Shown here one piece after another: positions 26,246 through 35,727 of a DNA stretch of 49,714 nt. Position numbers and translations under genes: made by a program. Source of the stretch: Candidatus Kapaibacterium sp. (lineage in GTDB: Bacteria; Bacteroidota; Ignavibacteria; Kapaibacteriales; Kapaibacteriaceae); NCBI GenBank assembly GCA_026390655.1, contig JAPLFN010000102.1:26285-75998 (forward strand), given 5' to 3'. Each line of letters begins with the position of its first letter. Position 1 is the first letter of the stretch. The notes under the pieces were generated by a model. The model did no database searches. It saw nothing but the letters and a program-made list of their open reading frames with translations, and was not told the origin of the DNA.

Positions 26246-29068
26246 TCATCGGACTACAACAAGTGACCATGATCTGCTGACACTGCCATCGGTGAGTCTG
26301 ATTTCATAGGTCCCGATCGCGAGCGAGCGGATCTCAAGGGGCTGTATATACGCTCCGGCAGTGATCGTCACATCCCGTTGCAAAACAACCCTACCTGCTG
26401 CGTCGAACACCGATATCATCGGCGCGCTTGTTTGAATCTGGCCTACCGACACGTACACAACATCACTTCCAGGATTCGGGAACACAAGTTCAGTGGAGCG
26501 TGAGATCAGCGTGTCTGTTGGGGTCGGCGCCTCGAGGATCTTCTGCGCGGCCTGCTCAGCCCCTTCTAGTGAAGTGTCAATGGCAATAACATGTCGAAAA
26601 GATCTACGGTGCCCAGCAGGAACTGGACTTGAAAATCGCATACCGGCTATTGCCGATACGTCATTCTCGCCACTGTACTGAACTGTATCGGGATGTTGAA
26701 AGATCTCGATCTTCCGTGCAGTTGTGAACCCACTGTAGGTGGTTGTGTTATCAATCCCACAGACAATTGGCTGACCATCTTCGTACCGAGATGTTGATCG
26801 AAGAAGCACTACGGGCTGACCAACGAGTGTTGACTGAACGACCTGAGCGTCTCCTTCCTTCTTCCAGGTTCTGTTCTTTGCCGGTTGCTCTCCAAGATCC
26901 CAATCATAAAACCAAGCAGCGGAAAGATCGTTTAGTGTGGTTGAACTCATATTGGTTATGGTGACATCGATCACGAGAGTGGCCGTTGATGTGTCGAGTC
27001 GAACGATCTGCTCAACCTCTACTCCAATTCGTAATGAATCCGGTGCATCATCATCACGAACAACGCCACGTGAGGCATCCGGTTGCATGAATCGTTTGAT
27101 GGGATGAAAGTGATCATTAACGCCCTTTCGCGCGCGTATGGCATCGACAACGCGACCGTTTGCATACACCATCAAGCCCCCTTCATAGAGCTGACCGCAG
27201 AAGTTCTTATAGGTCAGCCCATCACCCTGTCCGCGTTGAATATCCGTGTTACCGATACGACCTCGGTCTCCAATGCTGACAAGCATGTGAGGATTTGTGA
27301 GGGTGGTGTATGCCGGCGACGGAGTTACTGAGAATGAAAAGCTTCGCTTCGCTTCTGACCCGCTTAATCCTTGTCCCGTTAGATCAGAGACCGCGTACAC
27401 GGCCGTGTCTGATTCCACATCAACAACAAATGCAATAGGTGCGAGCACTACATTCTGACCCTTGGATGCGTCAATGTTGAGCGCTGTGCTCCCGCCGAGT
27501 GCATGGATGCCGGGGATCAACCTCCCCGCGAGGGTAACTGCACTTTGTTCGGAAATCTTCCATGGTGCAAGTGTGTTTGTAAGAGTCACACGCGCAAGAA
27601 CAGTATCACCGATCGTCCATCGCTTTCCGCCATCCACCGCAGCAATCGCAACTGTGTCAACAACGATTGACACAACAGTATCCGGGCGAATCGTTACAGC
27701 AGCGAGTGCGTTCACACGACCGCGGGGTAAGAGCAACGGATCAGTGTTCGGTGGTACATTCTTCCATGGATGTTCGTCAACAGCTTCACGCACAACGGCA
27801 CATGCTTCAAGCGGGCCCAACTCAGGGTACTTCGATCGGACAAGTGCAACGATCGCTGATGCTATAGGCGAAGAACCACTTGTGCAACAAAATCCAAAGT
27901 ACGCACCATCGTTGCCGGTTGTCCACGAGTCGTGGCCAGGTGCCATGACGTCAACTGTTGGCCCGCTAGCAGACATGGGAATCACATTATCCTGTGGATC
28001 CACAACGCCCACACCAAGAACGCCAGGATAGCTCGCGGGATAGAATGGAGCCGCGGTGCCATGATTGCCAGCGGCAGCAACAACCGCTGTCCCTCGTGCA
28101 ATGGTGTAGGCGATGATGTCTCCGTCAATGCATGCTTCGTCAATGCATGACCGAGAGAATCCACCCCATGAGCAGTTAACTACGTCAAACTCGTTCACTG
28201 CGCAGTAGATAAGTGACTCATAACCATACACAATGCCAGTGCTATTATCGGGCATTGTGCGAAGTGGGAAGATCTTGCAGTTGTGTGCTATGCCGGCGAT
28301 GCCGATGCTATTATCAACCGTGGCCCCGCAGAGGCCACCTACACCGGTACCGTGACTATTGTTGGGATTGAAGGTGTTTCCATACGTACTGTCTCCGGGC
28401 GTCGCGCAGAAATTGTAGCCCCTATAATCATCGACGTAGCCATTGTTGTCGTCATCAATTCTATTGCCTTCTATTTCCGTCTTGCGGACATAGAGTGCGT
28501 CTTTGAGATCTTCATGCTCCTGTCGAAGTCCGCTATCGCTGATACCGATTACGACGGTGTCGGAGCCCGACTCCACATCCCAGGCGTCATACGCGCGTAT
28601 TGTCTGCAAGAGCTTCTGCCGATCGCGTTGAGGATCATTCGGTTCGCCCATGAGCTGCATAACACACCATGGAGAAGCACATTCAAATGGACCGCATCCA
28701 ACGTGAAGCATGGCGATCATGCGTTCCGGAGGTATGCTTAGATTTTCATACGATATCAAATATGACCTGAGTAAGCGATCCTCAATCCGGAGTGCCGTTT
28801 CTACACTCTTGATCTTTGTCTGTTCAGACGTCTTCGTTCTGAAACGAAGAGACTGCTCAAACGGGAGCAGGGGGCGGACGATGCGAAGCCCCATAGATGC
28901 TAGCACTCCTGAAGCAGACACTGCTGCATCGGGCGAGAGCCTGATCTTGAGCATTCCTGCAACCACAGGCTCCATCCGACGAGGGGGCTCAGCGGGGAGA
29001 TACGTAAGCTGCGCAACACTAACAAGTGTCGCAGACAAAAAGACCGCCACAGCAGTAAGCGTCTTCAT
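26246..29068 (-). CDS. S8 (subtilisin) family serine peptidase with T9SS-type C-terminal domain, paralog B
   Basis: Signal peptide. Catalytic-triad contexts VVIGISDSG (Asp), NSHGTGVGG (His) and CCTSGSSPIASA (Ser). The C-terminal tail ends ...GTYEIRLTDGSVSRSWSLVVVR. Confidence 0.9.
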   Translation of the reverse strand: MKTLTAVAVFLSATLVSVAQLTYLPAEPPRRMEPVVAGMLKIRLSPDAAVSASGVLASMGLRIVRPLLPFEQSLRFRTKTSEQTKIKSVETALRIEDRLLRSYLISYENLSIPPERMIAMLHVGCGPFECASPWCVMQLMGEPNDPQRDRQKLLQTIRAYDAWDVESGSDTVVIGISDSGLRQEHEDLKDALYVRKTEIEGNRIDDDNNGYVDDYRGYNFCATPGDSTYGNTFNPNNSHGTGVGGLCGATVDNSIGIAGIAHNCKIFPLRTMPDNSTGIVYGYESLIYCAVNEFDVVNCSWGGFSRSCIDEACIDGDIIAYTIARGTAVVAAAGNHGTAAPFYPASYPGVLGVGVVDPQDNVIPMSASGPTVDVMAPGHDSWTTGNDGAYFGFCCTSGSSPIASAIVALVRSKYPELGPLEACAVVREAVDEHPWKNVPPNTDPLLLPRGRVNALAAVTIRPDTVVSIVVDTVAIAAVDGGKRWTIGDTVLARVTLTNTLAPWKISEQSAVTLAGRLIPGIHALGGSTALNIDASKGQNVVLAPIAFVVDVESDTAVYAVSDLTGQGLSGSEAKRSFSFSVTPSPAYTTLTNPHMLVSIGDRGRIGNTDIQRGQGDGLTYKNFCGQLYEGGLMVYANGRVVDAIRARKGVNDHFHPIKRFMQPDASRGVVRDDDAPDSLRIGVEVEQIVRLDTSTATLVIDVTITNMSSTTLNDLSAAWFYDWDLGEQPAKNRTWKKEGDAQVVQSTLVGQPVVLLRSTSRYEDGQPIVCGIDNTTTYSGFTTARKIEIFQHPDTVQYSGENDVSAIAGMRFSSPVPAGHRRSFRHVIAIDTSLEGAEQAAQKILEAPTPTDTLISRSTELVFPNPGSDVVYVSVGQIQTSAPMISVFDAAGRVVLQRDVTITAGAYIQPLEIRSLAIGTYEIRLTDGSVSRSWSLVVVR

Positions 29069-29069
29069 T

Positions 29070-31949
29070 CTATCGCATCACCACTATCGTGCGGACGATC
29101 ACTTCCGATTCTGTGATCACTCGCAAGATGTACGTGCCGATAGCGAGTGAAGCAACATCAAAGGAAACCGATGTAGCGGTGTCCACGTTTTGTGTGAGGA
29201 CTGATGTTCCGGTCACATCAAATACTTCAAGACGTTGCATAGCCAGGCCACATGTGACTGTAATGCGTTCCGATGCCGGTATAGGCACGATCCGTGTTGA
29301 CGATATCTCAGCCACATCTTCAACTCCAGTAGAGGATGTTAACGTTTCACGTACAACTCGCGTGGCCTCTTCTTCTGTAGCACCAACACCGATCACGACA
29401 ATGTAAGACCTGATCTCTTCGTTTGCGAGTTTGCCGCCGAACATCATGCCCACCACGCTACAAAGATCACCCGCCGTAGTCGGCTGTATCTGTGTACCGC
29501 TCGTGAGGAATGCAATGCGATCTTCATTCGTGAATCCATTCGGATCGTCTACGCGATTTGACAACAGCTCAACCGCCGATTGTCCAACCCCACTTGGGGT
29601 TGCCGTGTACACGGCCTGGCAAACCACCGCATTCACGCTTGGTCGATAAAACACTTGAGCAACGGCATTCTGTCCACGGAGGTTTCCTGGTATGGCCTCG
29701 GGTGCAAGACGCGAACCGTTATTCGGTCCACCCGCGCCAATATCCCAATCCAGGTAGTACCCGGATGAAACATCAGAAAGGTCTCCCCCGCTTACATTCT
29801 GCACGCGAACACTGAAGATCGTCGCGGCGATATCAGGTCCGGGAAAGGCACACTTTTGCGTAACACGAACACCAATTCTCCCGACATCATTGTTGTCGTC
29901 AGACATGATGTTCGTATTTGCAAGAGGCTCACTGAAAGGCTTTATCGCCGTGAAGTCCGACTTCGGAATTGTCTTATCTGAATATGCCGATAGTGAACGT
30001 TGCTTGTTCTCGCAGAGGATGAAACCGCTTGGCGCAATGAGAGAGTACCCCTTCTTCCAACCGAAGCCCCCTCCCTGACGAGTAGTGAGAATCGAATTGT
30101 ATCCAACAGTTCCATCGTCGCCCATCGAGTAGGCGAGCTGACCGTTTTCAAACGTTGTCATGAATGCAGGTCTCTGCAGATACCATAAAGAACGGTCCAC
30201 ATAATCATTCCCAGTGAGATCAAGGACAAAAATGAGTGGGCGGTCTGAACTAATGATATCCACGATGAAAACATACTCAGAAGTACGCTTCACTTCTCCC
30301 GTGCCCATGATACCGACGATTGTTTTGTCATTGAGAAAACGAACTGTCCATCCGTTCTCCTCAGCGATCGAGAGTTTGGCAACGAGATCAGTGACCGGAC
30401 CAAGATCGTTTACGAGATCGAACGTGACGTGTAGCGTGTCGCCAATAAAGAAGCGATCTGCGGGACGTCCTCCTGCGTATGTCTGCTGTGATCTCGTGAT
30501 GCGCACCGCAGGTATCGACATTGGGGCCGTCTGTAATGCACGAAGCATGTTCATACGTCCCGGAATGAACTGTGCGTAGTTCGGATTTTTGCTGGTAATG
30601 TCATCGGCAGTTCTTCGAATAAGTGATGTTGTTTGCATCACCGTCAACGTTGGATACTTCCCGCGGACAAGGCCTGCCAGACCCGCTGCCATCGGTGATG
30701 CAAATGACGTTCCGCTTCCGGCATTTGAGTAACCACCACTGATATCAGTAGTGAATGCTTGGTTGCCTGGAGCCAACACATCAATGTTCAATCCTAGCCC
30801 TGATGTATACTCAACTTCATCACTTTCGTTTGTTTCGCCTGTCCCAAGCACGCCCTCGTATGCCGAAGGAAAATTCAAATCTTGCCAGCCGGCGCCGCTA
30901 AATCCGTTGCCATGGTTGCCTCCTGAGGCCACAACAAGAAGATCATTAGCAACACAGTAGTCAATTACAGATTGATCTACCGGTGAAGGGGGCTTAACGA
31001 TTCCCCAGCTCGTGTTGACAACTTTGAAGCGTCGTTGCGCAGCATAGATGAGCGATTGATAACCATAGATGATCCCATTGCCTCCCCGAGCCGCAGTCTT
31101 CATGGGGAAAAATCGCGTGCGGAAGCCTATGCCGGCTACGCCAACGCCGTTGTTGGTAGCCGCCGCGGCAATGCCTGTTACCTTGGTTCCGTGCCCACCA
31201 TTGGCGGTGTTGAATGTGTTTCCCGGCGGCGTGTTGTCAATGGCACTCGCAAAATTGTATCCACCGTAGTCGTCTACATATCCATTTGCATCATCATCAA
31301 TGCCATTGTCAGGTATCTCACCTACATTGAGGCTGATGTTTGGCCCAAGATCTTGGTGCGTTTGCGAGATTCCGTCATCACTGATTCCAATTACGACCGA
31401 CGCATCACCCTCATAGACTGTCCATGCCTCTCTTGCCTTGACAGTGTTCAAGTACCCTTGATCAGCCATCATCGGGTCGTTCGGAATTCCTTGTGTACCC
31501 GACAGATACCACGGCTCTGCAACCTCAATTATCTCCGCATGTTTGGTAAGGAGTCGTCGGGCAGCCCGGACAGGATCGACGTCCCCTTCAATAACCACCG
31601 TAAAGGTGCGGGTTAGCCTGTCCTCGGACGACACTAAGAGCTGGTTCCGATTGATGCTATTCAAGATCACAGTGCTGGCAAGTGCCGACGTAGAGAAGTA
31701 GATCGTCTTCTCCGGATCCAGGAGTTGACTCTCGATTTGATAACCGGCAGGCATGACCTCCATGGCGTCCACCACGGTTCTCGCCGATTGCATTCGCACA
31801 ACGAGGCGATGTGCCCGGATGTGGAGATCACGTCCATTCCACCGAATCGTGGCCACGGAGTCCTGAACCTGGGCACTGAGTGGAAAGGACAGCTCCACAA
31901 CGAGTCCAAGAAGCAGGTGGACAAGTAGATTGGCGGGGCGTTTGAACAT
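29070..31949 (-). CDS. S8 (subtilisin) family serine peptidase with T9SS-type C-terminal domain, paralog A
   Basis: Signal peptide MFKRPANLLVHLLLGLVVELSFPLSAQ. Triad contexts VVIGISDDG, GGHGTKVTG and GSGTSFASPMAAG. Collinear with the downstream paralog. Ends ...GTYILRVITESEVIVRTIVVMR. Confidence 0.9.
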   Translation of the reverse strand: MFKRPANLLVHLLLGLVVELSFPLSAQVQDSVATIRWNGRDLHIRAHRLVVRMQSARTVVDAMEVMPAGYQIESQLLDPEKTIYFSTSALASTVILNSINRNQLLVSSEDRLTRTFTVVIEGDVDPVRAARRLLTKHAEIIEVAEPWYLSGTQGIPNDPMMADQGYLNTVKAREAWTVYEGDASVVIGISDDGISQTHQDLGPNISLNVGEIPDNGIDDDANGYVDDYGGYNFASAIDNTPPGNTFNTANGGHGTKVTGIAAAATNNGVGVAGIGFRTRFFPMKTAARGGNGIIYGYQSLIYAAQRRFKVVNTSWGIVKPPSPVDQSVIDYCVANDLLVVASGGNHGNGFSGAGWQDLNFPSAYEGVLGTGETNESDEVEYTSGLGLNIDVLAPGNQAFTTDISGGYSNAGSGTSFASPMAAGLAGLVRGKYPTLTVMQTTSLIRRTADDITSKNPNYAQFIPGRMNMLRALQTAPMSIPAVRITRSQQTYAGGRPADRFFIGDTLHVTFDLVNDLGPVTDLVAKLSIAEENGWTVRFLNDKTIVGIMGTGEVKRTSEYVFIVDIISSDRPLIFVLDLTGNDYVDRSLWYLQRPAFMTTFENGQLAYSMGDDGTVGYNSILTTRQGGGFGWKKGYSLIAPSGFILCENKQRSLSAYSDKTIPKSDFTAIKPFSEPLANTNIMSDDNNDVGRIGVRVTQKCAFPGPDIAATIFSVRVQNVSGGDLSDVSSGYYLDWDIGAGGPNNGSRLAPEAIPGNLRGQNAVAQVFYRPSVNAVVCQAVYTATPSGVGQSAVELLSNRVDDPNGFTNEDRIAFLTSGTQIQPTTAGDLCSVVGMMFGGKLANEEIRSYIVVIGVGATEEEATRVVRETLTSSTGVEDVAEISSTRIVPIPASERITVTCGLAMQRLEVFDVTGTSVLTQNVDTATSVSFDVASLAIGTYILRVITESEVIVRTIVVMR

Positions 31950-31987
31950 GGCAGATTGATTTCGCAGTTTGGGTGGTTACATCACTG

Positions 31988-33649
31988 ATGACTATGCTAG
32001 AAGAACAACGTTACATCGTTACAGCCCGAAAATGGCGCCCACTTCGGTTTTCCGATGTGGTTGGCCAAGAGCACATTTCCACGACGCTCAAAAATGCCAT
32101 TCAGAAGGGTCGGATTCATCATGCATATCTCTTTACCGGCCCCAGAGGGGTCGGAAAGACCACCTGTGCACGAATACTTGCCCGAGCACTGAATTGCACA
32201 AACAGCGTCGATAATGAGCCGTGTAATGCCTGCGCCTCCTGCACGGACATGTTAGATGGGCGCAGTGTTGACATCATAGAAATCGATGGAGCGTCCAATA
32301 ATTCCGTCGATGACGTCCGCAAACTACGCGAGAACGCAAGATATGCGCCGATGTCGGGTCGGTACAAGATGTATATCATCGACGAGGTTCACATGCTTTC
32401 AACGGCAGCGTTCAACGCGCTGTTGAAGACGTTGGAGGAGCCCCCTGACCATCTCGTGTTCGTTTTCGCGACAACGGAGATCCACAAGGTACCCGCAACC
32501 ATCTTAAGTCGTTGCCAGCGCTTTGATTTTAGAAGGATGGAGATAGAATCTATAACGGGGCACCTGCGGCACATCGCCGGGGTAGAGAAGATCACGATAG
32601 ATGAGGCCTCGCTTGTATCAATAGCGAAGAAGGCTGACGGGTCGATGCGTGATTCGCAGTCGATCTTCGACCAAGTTGTTTCGTTCTGCGGCTCAACCAT
32701 CCGCATCGCAGACGTTAGCTCCGCGTTGCATCTCATTGATCTCGATTTTTTCTTCTCGCTCAGCGAGGCTGTCCGCCAGCACGACGTCCCGAAGATGTTC
32801 CTCCTGGCCCGTCAGGTAGTACAGCGAGGGTATGACCTGCAAGAGTGCCTGATTGGTTTGCTCGAGCATTTCAGGAATATTCTCACCGTTATCACCACAC
32901 AGGATACGGGGCTCATCGAGGCATCTTCCGATGACCTTGCACGGTATTCTGCAGAAGCCGCCTTGTTTGTAAAGGCAGACGTCTTTCGCATCATGACGTA
33001 CATCACACAGGGAGAGGCCGTGCTGAGGCAGAATCCGCCTCAACCTCGTGTTCGATTTGAGTTCACGCTCGTGCAGCTGGCATCGATGGATTCCACTGTC
33101 GACCTCGGAAAGGTTCTCGCTCAAGTAGGCTCGTCTGCTACGCCCTCCCCGGCGATAAAGGGCATCGTGGGCGGTGTTGCCGCGGCCCCTCAGCCGCTTC
33201 CCATACGAATCGGCACGCCCGTGGTTGTTCGCTCTCACCAAGCGCCGGTGAGTTCCCTGACTACCGGGAATCTTGCAAAACGCTGGAATGAGCTTTTAGA
33301 ATCGCTGCCGGAGAATCTTTCATTTGTACGTGCTTCGGTAAAGCAGAATGTCCTTACTGTTGACTTCACCGATGTTGGCATCATTCTCCGACCGCATGCC
33401 GAGATCATACATCAAAGACTACTCGACAAGATCCCTGCCTTGAAAGTGCACCTCGCAACTACCTATGGCGCGCCACTTGGCGTGCAGCTTGTTATGCCAC
33501 GTCAGGCCGAACGAACGGTCAGAGTTGTTGAGGCTGGCGCAACGGAAGCCACACCTCAGAACTTTGGCCATGGCGCCGATGTTTTGCCCATTGAGCAAAC
33601 GCTGATCGATCTATTCAAAGCACACAGGGCATCCACGCCCGGAAATTGA
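31988..33649 (+). CDS. dnaX: DNA polymerase III subunit gamma/tau
   Basis: ARKWRPLRFSDVVGQEH, Walker A GPRGVGKTT, Zn module CNACASCTD, DEVHMLS and SRCQRFDF. Start set at ATG 31988. The track ORF begins at GTG 31973. Confidence 0.93.
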   Translation: MTMLEEQRYIVTARKWRPLRFSDVVGQEHISTTLKNAIQKGRIHHAYLFTGPRGVGKTTCARILARALNCTNSVDNEPCNACASCTDMLDGRSVDIIEIDGASNNSVDDVRKLRENARYAPMSGRYKMYIIDEVHMLSTAAFNALLKTLEEPPDHLVFVFATTEIHKVPATILSRCQRFDFRRMEIESITGHLRHIAGVEKITIDEASLVSIAKKADGSMRDSQSIFDQVVSFCGSTIRIADVSSALHLIDLDFFFSLSEAVRQHDVPKMFLLARQVVQRGYDLQECLIGLLEHFRNILTVITTQDTGLIEASSDDLARYSAEAALFVKADVFRIMTYITQGEAVLRQNPPQPRVRFEFTLVQLASMDSTVDLGKVLAQVGSSATPSPAIKGIVGGVAAAPQPLPIRIGTPVVVRSHQAPVSSLTTGNLAKRWNELLESLPENLSFVRASVKQNVLTVDFTDVGIILRPHAEIIHQRLLDKIPALKVHLATTYGAPLGVQLVMPRQAERTVRVVEAGATEATPQNFGHGADVLPIEQTLIDLFKAHRASTPGN

Positions 33650-33652
33650 ACA

Positions 33653-34123
33653 ATGGCACTAGTTGAAAAGACAAAAGCCCCCTCCTTCCAAGGGGACACT
33701 GATGGTAGCGGTTCATTTTCGTCGAAAGACCTTAAGGGGCTTTGGACGGTCCTGTATTTCTATCCAAAAGACGATACGTCCGGGTGCACAGCCCAAGCAT
33801 GTGATTTCCGCGATTCAATGAATCGATTGAAGCGGAAGGGTGTGCAAGTGGTAGGTGTGAGCCCTGATACGGTTGCAAAACATGAGAAGTTCAAGACCAA
33901 GTATGAATTGAATTTTCCTCTCATTGCCGACCCCGATCACACTATTTGTGAGGCTTTTCAGGTGTGGAAGGAAAAGTCCATGTACGGCCGTAAATACATG
34001 GGCGTTGAGAGAACAACGTTTGTCATCGATCCGAAAGGGTCGATCGCAAAGGTCTTTGAAAAGGTGAAGGTTCCCGGACATGTTGAGGCCATTATGACAA
34101 CACTTGCCGAGCTTTCAAAATGA
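33653..34123 (+). CDS. bcp: Thiol peroxidase / peroxiredoxin Bcp (atypical 2-Cys type)
   Basis: YFYPKDDTSGCTAQACDF (peroxidatic and resolving Cys spaced CxxxxC) and GVSPD, 156 aa. Confidence 0.9.
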   Translation: MALVEKTKAPSFQGDTDGSGSFSSKDLKGLWTVLYFYPKDDTSGCTAQACDFRDSMNRLKRKGVQVVGVSPDTVAKHEKFKTKYELNFPLIADPDHTICEAFQVWKEKSMYGRKYMGVERTTFVIDPKGSIAKVFEKVKVPGHVEAIMTTLAELSK

Positions 34124-35724
34124 TAGACACGCATTCCCACATCAACGCAGACATCTTCGATGATGACAGAGAAGACATGCTGCTGCGCGCACGGGAGTCC
34201 GGTGTTGAACTGATCATCGTTCCGGATATAGAACCTGGTCGCCGAAGCAAGCTGCGGGATATCGTTGATGCTCACTCCTTTCTCTACCGTGGTATTGGTA
34301 TCCATCCCCACCATGCAGGCGAAGTAACGCAGAATGACATTGATGATGTTGAGGCTCAATGCAAGGAGTCTAAAGTTGTAGCGATAGGCGAGATCGGTCT
34401 AGACTACCACTATGACTTCTGCTCTCCCGACGTACAGAAGTTGTACTTTCGTGAGCAGATTCGTATCGCTAAACGCCACGATTTGCCCATAATCGTACAT
34501 AATCGTGAGGCGGATACGGATGTTCTCGATATTATCGAAGAGGAGCAGGACGGATCTCTACGGGGGGTTCTTCATTGTTTTTCGAGCGATGCTTCGGTAC
34601 TTGATAGAGCCCTGCAGCTGAACATGCATATCTCGTTCACCGGGAATATCACGTTCAGGAAGTCTACACTTAACGAGGTTGTACAACGTGTCCCGTTGGA
34701 TCGTGTAATGATAGAAACCGACGCACCCTATATGACTCCTGTACCACACCGCGGCCAAAGAAACGAACCTCTCAATGTCCGCCTCGTAGCGGAAAAACTC
34801 GCGGAGATTAAAAGTATGTCCCTGATGGAAGTCCTAACAACCACATCGTCAACTGCCCGAAAGCTTTTTGCACTCACATGCGCTCTTCTGATGTGGGCGA
34901 TAAGCGCAAACGCGCAGCCAAAGAAACCCAACGACGAAGATTTCGATAACGATACACGATACGAAATCGCACTTGAGAACTACGAGGTAGACTCAATAGG
35001 CTGGGCGAAGTTCATCAAACCACGTACGTTTGGTTTCGGCATTACCGTTGGCTCCAACACGGTTGTCGAACAGCAGACTTTTAGACAAAGGTATTTCCGT
35101 GCGATTCAAGGCACTGCGATACCACAGCGGTGGGAGACATTTCCCTCGGACAGCGGCCCATCTAGATCATTTTCATACAATGGGTTATTGAGTTTTGGTG
35201 CCACCGTTATGTTTCAGGCCTCGGACAGAATCGCATTTGAGGCCACCTATTTGTATACGAAAAATGAAGGGGATCGCGCACTCTATGGCCTTCCACCTGT
35301 TGTTACGAACATTGTTGAGGGCGTATTCCTGTATTCCCTCAATCCCTATAACAAGGTAAACTTTGTGCCTCAGGCTGGTGTAACGTTTGCTTCGCAAAGC
35401 GATGGTAGAGTTTCGTCCGCGAAATTTGGATGTAATCTGGGCATGGGTATCGGGATGAATATTCCAACTTCTTTCGGGCTACTCTACCCCATGATCAATG
35501 TGCGATTCAACTTCATGTTTGGTACAAGTCGAGATGCAACGACCGCAACGTATCCCGTGCTATCCTCAGAGGATCAAACGTACATCGTTGAGGATCCAGA
35601 TAGAAATGGAGTATACCTGCATTACAATCCATTGAATCCATCTCAAACTTCCATTGAAAAGGCTGATGTGACGACGATTTATTCAATTCCTCGACTCTCG
35701 ATAATGTTCTACCCCAAGTTCTGA
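34120..35724 (+). CDS. tatD: TatD-family metal-dependent hydrolase (aa 1 to about 250) continuing in frame into a signal-peptide-like segment and an OMP-like beta-barrel module (aa 266-534)
   Basis: TatD motifs: MIDTHSH, GEIGLDYHY, IIVHNRE, LHCFS, IETDAPY. Then ARKLFALTCALLMWAISANA|QP, and amphipathic beta-strands ending ...LSIMFYPKF. Internal in-frame ATGs at 34816 and 34825, with GGAG at 34803-34806. Confidence 0.85.
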   Translation: MIDTHSHINADIFDDDREDMLLRARESGVELIIVPDIEPGRRSKLRDIVDAHSFLYRGIGIHPHHAGEVTQNDIDDVEAQCKESKVVAIGEIGLDYHYDFCSPDVQKLYFREQIRIAKRHDLPIIVHNREADTDVLDIIEEEQDGSLRGVLHCFSSDASVLDRALQLNMHISFTGNITFRKSTLNEVVQRVPLDRVMIETDAPYMTPVPHRGQRNEPLNVRLVAEKLAEIKSMSLMEVLTTTSSTARKLFALTCALLMWAISANAQPKKPNDEDFDNDTRYEIALENYEVDSIGWAKFIKPRTFGFGITVGSNTVVEQQTFRQRYFRAIQGTAIPQRWETFPSDSGPSRSFSYNGLLSFGATVMFQASDRIAFEATYLYTKNEGDRALYGLPPVVTNIVEGVFLYSLNPYNKVNFVPQAGVTFASQSDGRVSSAKFGCNLGMGIGMNIPTSFGLLYPMINVRFNFMFGTSRDATTATYPVLSSEDQTYIVEDPDRNGVYLHYNPLNPSQTSIEKADVTTIYSIPRLSIMFYPKF

Positions 35725-35727
35725 ACA

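Noticed and set aside
7618-33241. Long antisense ORFs: 7618-8166 (+), 17179-17724 (+), 21218-21766 (+), 27462-28031 (+), 31035-31616 (+), 32693-33241 (-), and others of 60-190 aa
   Set aside because: Each lies fully inside a high-confidence motif-bearing gene on the opposite strand (membrane protein, PfkB kinase, UDG, S8 peptidases, dnaX). They show Arg/Ser/Cys/His-rich shadow composition and no start context.
31988-33649. Programmed -1 frameshift or transcriptional slippage site in dnaX (gamma versus tau)
   Set aside because: I saw no A AAA AAG heptamer or long A-run in the region after domain III. The only homopolymer of note is a T-run near 32745, in a different context. There is no evidence for recoding.
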